Source of the DNA: Octopus vulgaris
Lineage: Eukaryota
DNA: 64,000 nt
NCBI GenBank assembly: GCA_951406725.2
Contig: OX597817.1
Coordinates: 175,212,001-175,276,000 of the forward strand
Reading direction: 5' to 3'
The notes under the pieces were generated by a model. That model saw only the letters and a program-made list of their open reading frames with translations. It did no database searches and had not been told where the DNA came from. The stretch's first letter is position 1; the number at the start of each line of letters is the position of its first letter. Below, piece after piece: positions 45,608 through 61,297 of the stretch. A program made the translations under genes and the position numbers.

Positions 45608-46950
45608 ATGTAATTCAAAATTCTATCCATGCGGAGTAGACAATTCCGTTATTTGGTCATGAGTGTTACAGAATTTGCAACTCAAGGATGATTTTTAACC
45701 TTTGTTGATTGTTTTAAGAGGACATGACCCGAATTAGCAAACATGGTCTTAGAGACATTCAAAGATTGTCAGGAATAGTGTGAGGATTTCGCTGCCAACA
45801 TGACTAACGATCCAACGGCACATTCTTGCAGTCAGTCAGTTGCGTGTTTATTTTCCATGTTCTTGTTGTTCGCTAAACTTATGTAGAATAAATTCTGAAG
45901 TATGTTACACTGCAAGCAGTTTGCAGTTTGTTTAACACTGGACTGTTTTTGACAAACAACATGTGAGTGTATTTACTGACGCCTTGTCATGTTCTCTTGA
46001 GACAAACTGAATAGCGTGGATGAAGTCACTCTTGCTGGAATATGATTTGTATTAAAGAATATTCTGCCTCTCAATCTCACGCCTAAAACTGTCAGTGAAG
46101 TCATCGATATAATTAGATACGTGTCATAGTTCATTCGTATCTTTATGTTATTAATATCATATAAGTCGATGACATCTTAGTTATAGAGTCGCTCTTGAAC
46201 GATGCTGAAGATCTGCGTTGGAGATGGACAAAATTGAAAATAGACGCTTAGAATATAGGGATTGAGCCTGGTCTACCATGAAAACAGAAAGTTAGCAAAA
46301 TAAAATTTACTATCATTGAAGACGATGGTAAGTCGGAAGAGAACATCCACAACGAAAATATGATAGTCTGTTATGAAGTATAAAACTCATTGTGTATCGA
46401 TGCATCATATAAATGAATGAGTGAAGAGCAATATTAATTGCTTATAAAGTTGGCCATTTATTAAGTTGATTATAAGTCGTTGCATTACAGAAAATAACTT
46501 TCTATAATTGTTTGCGTACACAAGGTATTTGTGGATCTTCAGTCTGTCCTGTAAGATAGTAGTTAGTTTCATCTCTGTGACTAAAAGAAACAGGAGAAAA
46601 GAAAGAGAGTCAAGCAGATAAAAATGGTAAGGCTTGTATTGTCCCTCGCATGATGATGCTTCCTCTCCATCGGTACTGGAATAATGATAGATGTGCGCCT
46701 AATAATCAAAGAAGTGGACTGACATTTGGTTGTGTACCTATATTCTTCGTAACTAAATTAAGTCAAATAATAAACAAAGGATTTTTCCTCTTTAATTAAC
46801 TTTGAATTATGTTTGATTGGAAAAGGTCTAAGAGGTCAGCTTATTTTCATTAATCTCTTAGGGCAAAAAATCGAGAACAATTAAACGAGGACCTGTTTCG
46901 AATTCTGGATTAGGGGTTTGTTAACAGTTTGCTACATATCTAAGAAAATC

Positions 46951-47180
46951 AGGCGGTGAGCTGGCAGAATCGTTAGCACGCCGGGCGAAATGCTTAGCGG
47001 CATTTCGTCTGTCTTTACGTTCTGAGTTCAAATTCCACCGAGGTCGACTTTGCCGTTCATCCTTTCGGGGTCGATAAATTAAGTACTAGTTACGCACTAG
47101 GGTCGATGTAGTCGACTTAATCCCTTTGTCTGTCCTTGTTTGTCCCCTCTATGTTTAGCCCCTTGTGGGTAATAAAGAAA
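46951..47180 (+). mobile_element. Young SINE family A copy
   Basis: Full length, TSD TAAGAAAATC / TAAGAATATC. Confidence 0.9.
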
Positions 47181-48412
47181 TAAGAATATCTTCGTGAAGG
47201 CTCTGATGAGTCTGAGCTTGAATTCAGTGCAAAAATTCGCTAAAGCCTGGCATGTTAAAGTTGTATAACGCTGCCTACACCATTAATTGACTGTTCTGCG
47301 TTGTCAAGAAAAGAATTATCCCCTTGGTGTACGCAAGATTATGGAACAGATGCCCAAACGATCCATTCGAATTCATGTAATAAGAAATGAGGCACCTTAA
47401 GACAGCTTATGTATCAAACTTTGGTAAAAATATGACGACGAGTCAACGTTTAAATACAATAAAAAAGTACAAGTTAAATGACTTTTTTTTTCTAAATATA
47501 TGATGGTGCGAAAATTGTCCCTTATCGTAGTATCTGCTGATAAGTTTTCAGCAAACTAGAGCACATTATTAGCTTTTAGAGGCGTTTGATCTAGCCGTTT
47601 GGTAACGAAAGGCTTATAGTATTCTGGTAGTACCTTCTCAAGGATTGGTTCAAGTTTGGAATTGGTTCGATATTTATTGACAGATTTAGGCTGCAGCTAA
47701 CTGAAAGGTAGTTACATTCACCGGGAAATACAGTTTAGCATCACAGACGACAGCACATGTGCTGTTTGCTTCCTGTCACCTCTGTGTCTGCTTACTTATA
47801 CAGATTTAAAATCTGCCTAATAATGAAGCGGGTAAGTAACGGGATTGCTACAATGAGTCTGTCGTATACACCATAGAACACAAAATAATTCTTGACAGTG
47901 TAATTAAATTTCAATAAATTATTCAATTAATTGAATAGTTGTTTATGATTTTTCTTTTCTCAAAATGACATTGGTGATTGTTGAAGGCTTTTGTCCATGG
48001 AAAGTGTCACAAAGCAAATCCGCTCTTGAAATAATAACTCAATGGTATTAAGACTTGAAATGTTGCTTAAAGTTTAGAGCTTCTGATTGCTTAGCTCTTG
48101 AACCTCCACTAAGAGCCCTACTCCTAACCAGCTCCGGTCTCTGCCACAGCTTTCGGCGACGCTGTATATAAATATTTATTCGAGACTGACGATTCATTCT
48201 GTTGCTAATGAGAGTTGTTCACTCTTCCTCATGCTTCAAGCCACAAATTCTCGCACACAATAAGAAAACTCTGACTGGTGGCGTAATAAATTACCAACTC
48301 TTCACAATAAATATAATCTATTGCATGTATCAAGTACTTCAAAGTCTGGACTTTAAAGAGGGCGCGGGGCACTTGTAATATCTATCATTTAAAGTATATA
48401 TATATATTGTGA

Positions 48413-48793
48413 TGTTATGAGCCAGCCTGTGTTGTAGGGAAGGGTCGGGAGTGAGGGGGTAGGCATGTCCTGTCGGAAATGGGGCCGGTGGTTTCCACCG
48501 GAAGTGCCGCGATGGGCATGCAGCATCAATGAAGCGCGAGGAGTCAGTTGGCTGCGGACAGTGCATCGGAGCAGACGTGTAAGAATGTACAGTGCACGTG
48601 GACGTGGAGTGAACCTTGCAGATCGAGACAGCACGTGGACGTTGAAAGTGACCCTTTTGCCGGACCGGCAGCTAAGACCACCGTAATTCTCTCTTCGCTT
48701 CCGTTTTTTTACTTCCTTCACACACACACACACACACACACACACTATGTTATGTTTCAATCTGCATGATCTCCGATAACCATCAAGATAACA
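48413..48793. mobile_element. GC/CpG-rich island, possible solo LTR or promoter
   Basis: Bounded by TGTTAT...ATAACA inverted ends. Contains CCGGAAGTG and two GCACGTGGACGT copies. TSD poor (TGTGA vs TCCGA). Confidence 0.45.
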
Positions 48794-49729
48794 TCCGAGA
48801 TGTGCAGATTCCTTGCACACACTGTATTCGAACTAAGAACATAAATGTCAAAACTAAATGCCAGTTAATATTGCTGGATGTAATCCACTTGGCTAAGAAT
48901 CTACATTTTTTAGCTTATTAAAAATTAATTTTTCAGTAGAAGAAGCCATATTAAGCTGATGTCAGTGCTGGGTTTTTTGATTAGGTTTTCAGCAAGCTCA
49001 ACATATACTGCTTCTTTGGTTATACCAAGTTTCCTCTACGATCCTCTATCAGTTACAGAAATTTCATTCCTTAGCAGTGTATGATTACCTTCCTCGCACC
49101 ATATATGTTTAACCACTCATGACTTAGATATTTCTCTTCCCATTAAATATTTCTTATGTTCTCTGGTTACTGACCTTTACGGCCCTCCCCATCTCTCCTT
49201 CAGAAGACCTTCTACAAATATGAGATGCTATTATAAATGTAATTCTTCTGTTCTGGCCGCTCTTGTTTGATTTTGACGAAGAATCTGTGAATTGTTGTGT
49301 TGTATTTAAGCACAGTTCAGATATCACATGTCTTTTATCTTTGTACTTGTTTCGGTCAGTAAGACTGCGGCCAGACTGGGGCACCACTTCGAAGGGTTTA
49401 ATGAAACAAATCGACTCCATTACTTATTTTCAATATCCGGTAGTTATTCTGTCGCTTAATTTTGGCGAAATGCCAAGTTATGGGGACGTAAATAAACGAT
49501 CATCAGTTGTCAAGCGGTGGTGGTAGGACAATCAACCACACGAAACACGAAACACTGACTTCTTGTATTATTTGCACTACCTTACTGCCTTTATGTCGTC
49601 AGCAGAGCTAGTAAGTGTGAATGTCTGTGTAACTGAGGACATGTCCAAGAGAGCTACCAAAAACAACAGCGGCTCCTTTCGATATCTGTCTTCTACAGAA
49701 AGACCTAGACGCTATGTATAAATGAGCTG

Positions 49730-50578
49730 AAGGAAAGAGCATGCAATTTAATACAGGACAATTCCAAACTCCCTGCAATCAGCCAATTTGCGCTAACATG
49801 CGGCGATAATTTTATTTTGAACCAAAAAGCGGGGTAATCCCAGGGTCAAACACAGTCTGTGATCTGGAGACTGATATGAGCAACGACACCTCGTTTCATG
49901 TATATACCACCAAGATGGTGGCAAAGTGACAGTGAATGGCTAGATTGATTCCGAGAACTTTCAGAGCAAGGGACCAGGAAATTATGCTGGCCCTATGGGG
50001 GACATTTGTCCTTAGCCGCCTAGACTACTGCTTTGAACTGTGGTCACCCCACAGCAGTTCTGCATCAGAAAGATTATATCAATAGGACAGCTGAGCTACT
50101 GAGAGGGATAGAAAGATTTACGACTCAACTCCCTGGAGAGAAGACGATATATATATGGAAGATACTGGAATGGTTGGTAGCAGACTTTAGCAAAGATAGT
50201 TATACCAGACCTCGAACTGGACGTTACTGCACTGTTGCAGAGGTTCCACCATTTAGTCTAGAATGAGTACCAGGTGCTGCAGTAACGTAGGATTCAAAGG
50301 CCCACAGCAATTTAATATCTTGTCAAAACATCTGAGAGATCTACATGGAGGGGAGAGAGATGTTTTCAAGAAACAATTGATCTCCTACTGTCCAATGTCC
50401 GGATGGACCTACATTACACGCAAGAAACTTAAAAGAGTGCCGCAATATCCAACTCTCACCTTCACCAAAAGCCCATCGCAAAAGAACGGCAATAAAAAAG
50501 CTGATAATACTTCAGGTGCCCCAGCGTGGCTTCACCCTTTGGGCTGAAACGCATAAAAGAACAAAAGAATAAAGAACG
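49730..50578 (+). mobile_element. Degenerate CR1/L2-group LINE 3' portion
   Basis: Fragments MQFN, LWSP, ERR..YIWKILEWLV...RTGRYCTV, VGFKGPQQFNILSKHLRDLH...DVFK, followed by a tail with (AAAAGAAT)-like repeats. Confidence 0.7.
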
Positions 50579-50980
50579 CGCGCGCGCACACACACACAAA
50601 ATCTTTACTATTTGTATGTATGGAACTACGTTTGCCAAACCTATATTCTCTAATAAACACGGTAGAGCGTGATTAAAAAGAAATGGAGCTTCCACATCTT
50701 TGCAGATGTATCTAGCACCCTCGCAAAATTCCTCGCACCCTCGCAAAAGTTGGGTGTTGTTATGTAGTCCAAACCAATGTTAGCCGAAAAACTATTCTGA
50801 GAATCGTGAGAAATCTTGTCTTCTGTGTATTAGGTATTCAATTGTTACAAAAACAAAAAAAAACAAAAAAAAAACAAACTTTTAAGCTTTTTACTTAAGG
50901 GCGTGATTCATGAAAGCTCTGACTGCTATTTTTAGCTGCTGAGCGATACATGATATGCATGAATATATACATACATGCCT

Positions 50981-51020
<40 letters not shown>

Positions 51021-51046
51021 TATACATACATACATTCATACATAAA

Positions 51047-51106
<60 letters not shown>

Positions 51107-51201
51107 AATTTATATATGAGGATAATATCGATATTTAAGTGTCGAAATTATCAAGTGGCCAGCATGAAAGAAATACCTTACAAAGGTAAAAAAATTTTTA
51201 A

Positions 51202-51283
51202 CAATTAAAAATGAGGGTGTCTAAAAGACACCAAGTGTTTCGACTGCTATTTCGGCATGTTGGTGTCTTTTAGACACCCTCAT

Positions 51284-51291
<8 letters not shown>
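51202..51291. repeat. Perfect ~31-bp inverted repeat in a short cassette between (TA)n tracts
   Basis: AATTAAAAATGAGGGTGTCTAAAAGACACCAA / TTGGTGTCTTTTAGACACCCTCATTTTTAATT. Confidence 0.9.
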
Positions 51292-51335
<44 letters not shown>

Positions 51336-51551
51336 CTTTTATTATTTTACCCGTTTTAGTCATTTGACTGCGGCCATGCTGAAGCACCGTATGTATGTAT
51401 GATGAGTCTAAGTATGTATGCACACACACACACACACACACATATTTGCTGTAGTACAAATGCTATTCTGTTACTCATTTGTGAGAGTTGTTATATGTAC
51501 ATGTACACACATACATACACATGCATACACAGATACATACACACGCACATG

Positions 51552-51583
<32 letters not shown>

Positions 51584-51949
51584 TGTATTTATGTATGAAC
51601 ATGTATATGTGTGTATGAATGTCTTTATCTGTAGTACATTTTAATTATTAAAACTATTCAAAACAGCACTTCCTTGAACACCATGCTAAAATATTCTTAA
51701 TTGACGAGGCAGACATGTATGAAGGAAAAATTAAAAGTATATTAAAATGAACATCATACATTAATGTTTTCTTTCATTGAGCATGGGTTAAATTTGTATA
51801 CATGCATTCATACTTATATGTGTGTGCATATATATGTGTGTATGTATGTATATACATATATATGAATGCATATACGTGTATGTAGAGATGGTACGTATGT
51901 ATATACATTCATATTTGATGGCTGCAACCTCATTGCAAGTAATACCATC

Positions 51950-52900
51950 GCTTGATTGTTCTCACAGACATGAGCAGCGCGGATGTGGCTTTTTAATCCT
52001 GCTAGGGATTCACCCTTTTTTTGTACAGAGTTTCACCTATGGTGTGTCGGGGTCATAAAAGACATGGAGAATATAAAATTGTGAGACAGTCTGTCTGCTG
52101 AATAAAGTCGTTTGAGAAAACGTGTGTGGAAATGATGCAATCAGTACAGAAAGTCGAGGTTAAGAAACGAGGGACGCCGCATGTTGTATTTATTTTAGTG
52201 TTCGTTCTGGTGAACCTTAACATGACGTTTCAGTTTGCTCCCGACACACATTCTTTTCCACATTCCCCGTAAGTAGAGATACCATATAATACATACTTAA
52301 CAACTTCCCTGTGTGTCTGGCTTCCCCGATGACAACTAAGATATGTCTTACTTATTCTCTTGAACATCAAGTATCACGGATGTGGCTTTTCTGTCCTGCT
52401 AGCGGCTTACAGTTTTTGCACAGATGTGGGAACGATGGGCCACACATAGTCAGACTAATTTGCATCAAGACTTACAAATATCTCTATTGAGCTGTTCTAG
52501 CTCGTTACGATTTCGTTCAAATTTTCTTCTCCCGTTTTGCGCTGCTCTCTTCCATGATGAACGATCAAGCATGAGTTATTCCTGATTCCTTTTCCAAAAT
52601 TTTACCGTCAAGTGTATTCTTAACGCATTCCTTATATCTTTTTACGGTTCATTTGCTGGGTTTTAAAACGGTTAATTCACCACACAGAAATTGATTAGGG
52701 AACTGATCGCCTTCCACACTCAGTAATTGGTGCCGAAGTGCTAGAAACTCTATACTGTCAGACTGACTGTGTTCGCGGACATCAATATCGTTTAGATTTG
52801 CCATTGAATACTCAGTACACAGCGGAAACACTTTGGTGAAATTGTTCTAACCTTTTCATATATCTCCGTTAAGTAACATAAGTCTCAGCGAAGACAAAAC
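51950..52900 (-). mobile_element. Old RTE LINE C-terminal remnant with repeated zinc-finger motifs
   Basis: Minus-strand fragments RLEQFHQ, FLCGEL, KRYKECVK, DRSSWK and two SLAGLKSHIR-like finger ends (~51980-52010, ~52378-52425). Segment 52030-52168 recurs at 56757-56897. Confidence 0.65.
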
Positions 52901-52973
52901 ATAATTGTTTTGTAGATCTTCAACTTTGACTTAACTGAAATCATAAACGTCCGTCCATCCATCCATCCAATTA

Positions 52974-53052
<79 letters not shown>

Positions 53053-53053
53053 T

Positions 53054-53102
53054 GCTTCCTGATGATTTCTCTTGAATGAAACAGTTCTAGTCCTGTAGAA
53101 GC
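53054..53102 (+). ncRNA. Type I hammerhead ribozyme with a self-closing stem III
   Basis: GCTTC-CTGATGA-TTTC tctt GAAT-GAAA-CAG ttctagtc CTG-TA-GAAGC. Perfect stem I, ACAG/CTGT stem III, canonical core, GUA site, T-T mismatch at the base of stem II. The cassette lies between (TA)n tracts. Confidence 0.75.
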
Positions 53103-53186
53103 TCCTTCTATATAATAAATTAATTTTACTCTGCTATGTATTGAGTACCTTATTTACTGTGGTTAACCCCGAATCAACCCGGGACC

Positions 53187-53237
<51 letters not shown>

Positions 53238-53414
53238 ATATATATATATATATAATGAATAAAACATCAACTATTTTGGTTGAGTGACTTTGGGCCCACT
53301 TAAGCCATTTTTAAATAACGTCTATAATTTATCCACTGATTAGAAGCGAGTTAATATTTTTAAATTAAAATTTTCAATTCACACCTTTTCTCCATTGAGC
53401 TCCCGGCGATATAT

Positions 53415-53935
53415 TTGGCGGGAGTTTAGTTTAACCAGCCCATATAGCCCTTCATAACATTATTACTTTTTTGAATTTTCGGAAAATGTTTGCGAAATTG
53501 TGTTCTATACAGAGGAATTCATACGATTATGTAAAAAAAGAAAAGAAAAAACTGTGTGTGATTTAAGGGCGATTTAGCTGTCATTTTTAGCACATCACAC
53601 AACCACTTGACACCAACCTCATTTCTTTGTCACTCTGACATGTTTTGACGTTTTTCAATATTTTCCTCATAAAGGTGTTAATGAGTGCTTAAGAGTGTTC
53701 CATTGCTGGAATTTAAGCAAAAAGATTCAGACTGTACGTATTTTAAACTCTGATTTTACGAATTCCAAAAACAGTGGAAATTTTAGGATTTTTTGGGAGG
53801 GTTCGAAAATTAAGACAAAATTCTATAATTGTATGTATTCCAGTGTAAAAAAACACAAATTCGCAAAAATTTTCTGAAAAAAAAAAAAAAGTTACGAGGC
53901 GTTATATGGGATGCTTAAACCAGATTCCCGCAACA
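53415..53935. mobile_element. Degenerate element with long imperfect terminal inverted repeats
   Basis: GCGGGAGTTTAGTTTAACCAGCCCATATAGCC...TTTGCGAA (~53418-53496) is inverted at ~53860-53931. Superfamily not assignable. Confidence 0.5.
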
Positions 53936-54724
53936 TGTTTTTCCCCATCCCACATAAAAATAAAAAAATTCTCACCTGGATTTGACACTGTTTTAATGTT
54001 TCAATTTCCTAGCGTTTTAAATCTTTTACTTCCTTAATAATATTAACTGTAGAAAATCAGCGTTAATTCAATTCGTATTTATTCAAACTTTAACCCCTTT
54101 TCTCCGTGACTTAAAATTTAATTGAAGTTCTTTCCTGTCTGCAGACTAACGAATATTCACCAGACGGTGGCACATTTGAATTTAAGCTTTATTTTCATAA
54201 GCATCATAAATTCATTAACCTACGTTTCATCTACAATAGATCCTTCGGTTGTTCCTCATCTAATGGTCCAATAATTTCTCTGGATGATTCTAATTGTGAT
54301 GATATTAATAAAAATAATCACTAAATTTTAGAACTATTTATTCACTAACTTACTTAATATGTCAATTTATCCACTTTCTACAATTCATTAATCTTATAGT
54401 TTTTATAAGTTTATATTTTATTTCTAATTTTTATATTTTATTTCTTATTTTTATTTCTAATTCTTATTCTTACCCTTATTCTTACTCCTATTTTTACCCC
54501 TATTTTATCCCTATTTATCCCTATTTTATCACTTTATATCTCTATATAGGTCTATATAGGTCTATTTTTAGCTTTTTTCCTTATTTACTTATCTATGTAT
54601 CCGCTTTATGATTATACGTGTGTCTGTGTATGTATGTATGTATATGTATATATGTGTATGCGTATGTATGAGTAAATATCTGTGTCTAGATGTGTACCCC
54701 CCGTTATACTTCTTTAATAATTTT

Positions 54725-55079
54725 TTTACATGCGTTTGTAGATTCCTTATATACATTTTTTATACATCTTTTAATATCTTATATCTATACCTATATGTGT
54801 GTGTGCCTGTGTATGTGTATGTAAGTGTATGTGTACACGCACGTATAGACACACAGATATGTGTGCGCGTGCGTGTAGACACCTGTGCGTGGGTCCGTTT
54901 CTTTACATGCGTTTGTAGTTTTCTTATATACATTTTTTATACATCTCTTAATATCTTATATCTATACCTATATGTGTGGGTGTCTATGTATGCGTATCTA
55001 AGTGTATGCGCACACACACTTATGGACACACAGATGTGTGTGTGTGTGTGTGCGTGCGGATACGTGTGTATGGGTCCGT
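54725..55079. repeat. ~177-bp tandem duplication within low-complexity purine/pyrimidine sequence
   Basis: TTTACATGCGTTTGTAG...GGGTCCGT occurs at ~54725-54898 and ~54902-55079. Confidence 0.85.
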
Positions 55080-56360
55080 GTGTGTGTATGTATGCGTGTA
55101 TGCATGCACACGTGGGTGTGCATGTATGCACACATATATATATGTGCGTGTGCGGGTATAGGCGTGTGTATATTTGTGTGTATGCATATGTGTATATATG
55201 CATATGTATATATGTGCATAGATATGTATGCATATGTGTGTGTGTATATGTATATGCGTATGTGTGTGTGTGTATATATATATATGTACATGTATATTGT
55301 CCGTGTATATATATATACATATTCTGTTGTGTGTATATATATATGCGTATGTGCGCGTGTGTGTATGTGTATATGTATATGTATATTGTCCGTGTATATA
55401 TATGCATATTCTGTTAAAATCTTTTGCCCGCCAGTTTCTTACGTTCATGTCTACCTAATGTACCCAATATGACTCCGTATCTTGCCCGCGTGCAAGAACG
55501 GATTTTTTTGTTATACCTGTGTCTGTGCATATGCATACCTTTATGTATAGACATAGGGATCTACTGCCCCATGTACGTGGGGGTGGACGCGAGTGCAGGT
55601 GTATACATATTCCATAGGGATTCACTTCGTCTTGTAAATGCGTGTAAGTGCGAGTGTGCCTATATGAACGCATGAGAGTGTATGTATGTGCGTACGCGTG
55701 CACGTCGGATCGTGTACCCTACTACATGCGCCTTTTTCCATATATATATCTGTATATGTTTACACGTGAGTGCGTATGTATGCTTGTATGCGTGTAGCTG
55801 CGTATGCGTGCGTATATGTGCGCGTGTATATGGGTGTATGTATCCATGTGGGTGCGTATGTACACGATGACCATTTAATACGTTACGAAGAACTAGATAA
55901 GCTGCTCAACAACTCTAATTTACAATACACTAGGTCCCCAGACGCCCCGATTGATTTATGACACCCAAGACTTCTACAACCAGAATTTGTCATTTTCCTG
56001 ACCACCATGTTTGGTCCGTAACTACTATATATCCCTTATCCTTAAATTCTTTTACACTTTTTATATATTTTTTATCCTTCGTCCTGAATTCTCGCCCCTC
56101 CATCTTTATCTCTATTTGCTCTTATTACCAAGTTCCTTCACGGCTGTCTGTATTTATATATTTATATATGTATATATTTATTTATTAATTTATTTACATT
56201 ACTTCAACATCCAAATTTCTTCATTCTACATTGAGAGAAGAACGAGATGGACGCTTCATTTTTATGCTGTTGCCGCATTACGTCGTCCGCGAATGAGAAG
56301 GTTTGCATCCCCAACCAAGAATTTTTGATGTAATACATGTCCTTGAAGAAGTAGTTGTGC

Positions 56361-56438
56361 GCGGCTGAAGAAGGCCACAGACGCACATTATGCATTGTTA
56401 TAAATCCGTCTAATAAAGGCCCGAAACATATGTACCGC
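56361..56438 (+). ncRNA. Hammerhead ribozyme with extended stem II and palindromic stem III
   Basis: GCGG-CTGAAGA-aGGCC...AGACG...CGTCT...GGCCc-GAAA-CATATG-TA-CCGC. Canonical core and GUA site. Confidence 0.75.
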
Positions 56439-57384
56439 TGAATCCTTGGCATCATGATTTTATTTTGATTAATTTACTCCACCACCTACACCACCAAACG
56501 ATATATACAGGTGCTTACAATTATCAAGTACTCACCCCGAATTTCTGTACACAACTCATTAAATATAATGAATAGACGGCCACAATTTATTTCTTATATC
56601 TTTAACCTTTTACTCTTTCTATGTCTGTCTCTCTTTCTGTCTGTCTTTCTGTTTCTCTCTCTCTCACGTACCTGATTTTCTCCCCATTAGCATGTAGCAT
56701 TTTTCTTCTATTTTGACTTTTGTATGTAAACAAAATAATTACAAACACCAGGTCTGGAGTTTCCCCTATGTTATATCGGGGTCATATGAGACATAGAGAA
56801 TATAAATCTATGAGACAGTATGTCTGCTGAATCGAGTCGTCTGAGAGAAAACGTGTGTGGAAATGACGCAACCAGAACAGAGTCGATGTTAACAAAATAA
56901 GATGGCTATGGTCAAAAGAGGTTAGAGGAAACTGAGAGAACTGATACATCTATTACCAGAGAAAGAGGAAATAAAAAGAGGAATTATTTCTTGATATAAA
57001 AACCAGATTGTAAGTGACATGCATAAAATAAGTTTGATTTTGTATGACCTTTAAACATTAGTGGTGAAAGCAGAGAATCTACAGTATTTGGAGAGAGACG
57101 AGTTGTATATGGAACGTTGGGTGTGTTACGTTAATGTACGTTAAAGATGTCTGAGTGCGAAGGAGTTGAGTAGCTGTCTCGCCATGATGGCAGGATGTTT
57201 TGAAAAGGGAACTGACGATCTCAATATGTAAATGGAATGCAAATGGTTTATACATATTTAGTTTTAAAGTGTTGTTATTGGTAAAACATACCAGTGACGT
57301 AAAAGTAATGCAAAGAAGATTCAGTAAAAATAGTTTAGTTTTAAATAATGTTGAACCGCAGAGTTAAGAATGTACAACACTAAA

Positions 57385-60065
<2,681 letters not shown>

Positions 60066-60917
60066 ATTCCACGCAATATTATGAAGAAATAATTATTTTT
60101 TCTGTAATAATTGTCTACTGTAATAATCGCTGTAATAATTGTCCGCTAGGGGACAACCTAAATTATTCTAGTTTGATATTAATCAGATGAACTGGCCTTC
60201 TCATTTTCATTGGAAATCTTATAGAATAGATGTGTCCCAACTTGACTCAGATACTTTTAGAGTGGATTTAATAAACTGTCATTATAATTTTACGCTTCAG
60301 GTGAAACTATCATTTGAATTATCGGAGGAGTTGGGAAGGCATCGAAGAGAAATACTTTGAAGATATAAAACCGAGATGCTGTTTATCCTCAGGGTAGTTC
60401 TGACTAAGATTTTCATTCCTGTTTTTCTTTTTTTATTCAGGGGGTTTGCATCCGGGGCCACAGTATTAAATGCGCCATTTTTTTCAAAGACGGTAGGGTG
60501 ATGTGATACAAAAGTATAGATCGTATTTCCAGATGTTAAAGCTGTACCAGATTATCCCTGAAATTGTGGGGTTTTGTCTGCATAACTGATGAAGCATATC
60601 AGCACAGAAACACATCTTACGATCCGATGACATCATTCGTATTCTGATGGCGTGTTTTTCATACATATCATCTATAAGAAAATTTCTTTCCAGTCTTTAG
60701 AGACAGTTTTCGTATTGGAGGTTTCCACACGTTTCAGTGTACACGAGCTTGTTAAAGATTGCTATACACACCTATTTTCAAATCATCGCTATTTAGCGTG
60801 CCTCTAGTTAATTAATTCCAGGTTGAAAACGCTTTGCATACATCACCAAATACTTATTTGTTATTTAAATATAAAAACCGCAGTTTTTAGAACGCTTTGA
60901 ACGACGAATTCGGTGCC

Positions 60918-60960
60918 CGTATCTGATGAAGTGTAACGATGCAGAAACACGTGTCCAATG
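60918..60960 (+). ncRNA. Degenerate minimal hammerhead-like motif
   Basis: CTGATGA (60923-60929), weak stem II, GAAA-CACGTG-TC with palindromic stem III and a GUC site. Stem I is only partly paired. Confidence 0.5.
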
Positions 60961-61297
60961 ACATAATTCATAACCAAGTATTTTGTTTTTCTTACTCATC
61001 CTCTTCAAAAACACTTTTGGCAACGGAGGTTTTTCCGTGTTTGAGTTTACACGAACGTATTGAATTTATTTTAATAATAGCTACTTAATGTACCTCTAAT
61101 TAACTATCAGACCTATGAGTAAAGGCATTCTAGCCATGACAGTTCCGTCGCTTTAAGAGATATCAAGGACTACATATCCTAATCTATTTCCTTCTCCTTT
61201 TTATAACGTCTGAGATTTGAAAATAATCTAGCTTCTATTTCAAACAGGTCGAACATCCACTTGGATGTTCCTTTGGATATTAGAGGACATTAGAGAA

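Noticed and set aside
45625-46600. Possible highly decayed DNA-transposase sequence; also 60470-60730 on the minus strand
   Set aside because: Only vague motif resemblance and no termini found; needs a translated HMM search.
47199-47247. Hammerhead-like GGCT-CTGATGA...AAAA...TA-AAGCC
   Set aside because: G12 is lost and stem III is unpaired, so it was counted only as a possible decayed relic and not listed as a feature.
60585-60620. CTGATGA...GAAA spacing suggestive of a hammerhead; similar CTGATGA at 396, 1284 and 30876
   Set aside because: Stems I and III do not pair or no GAAA follows; chance core matches.
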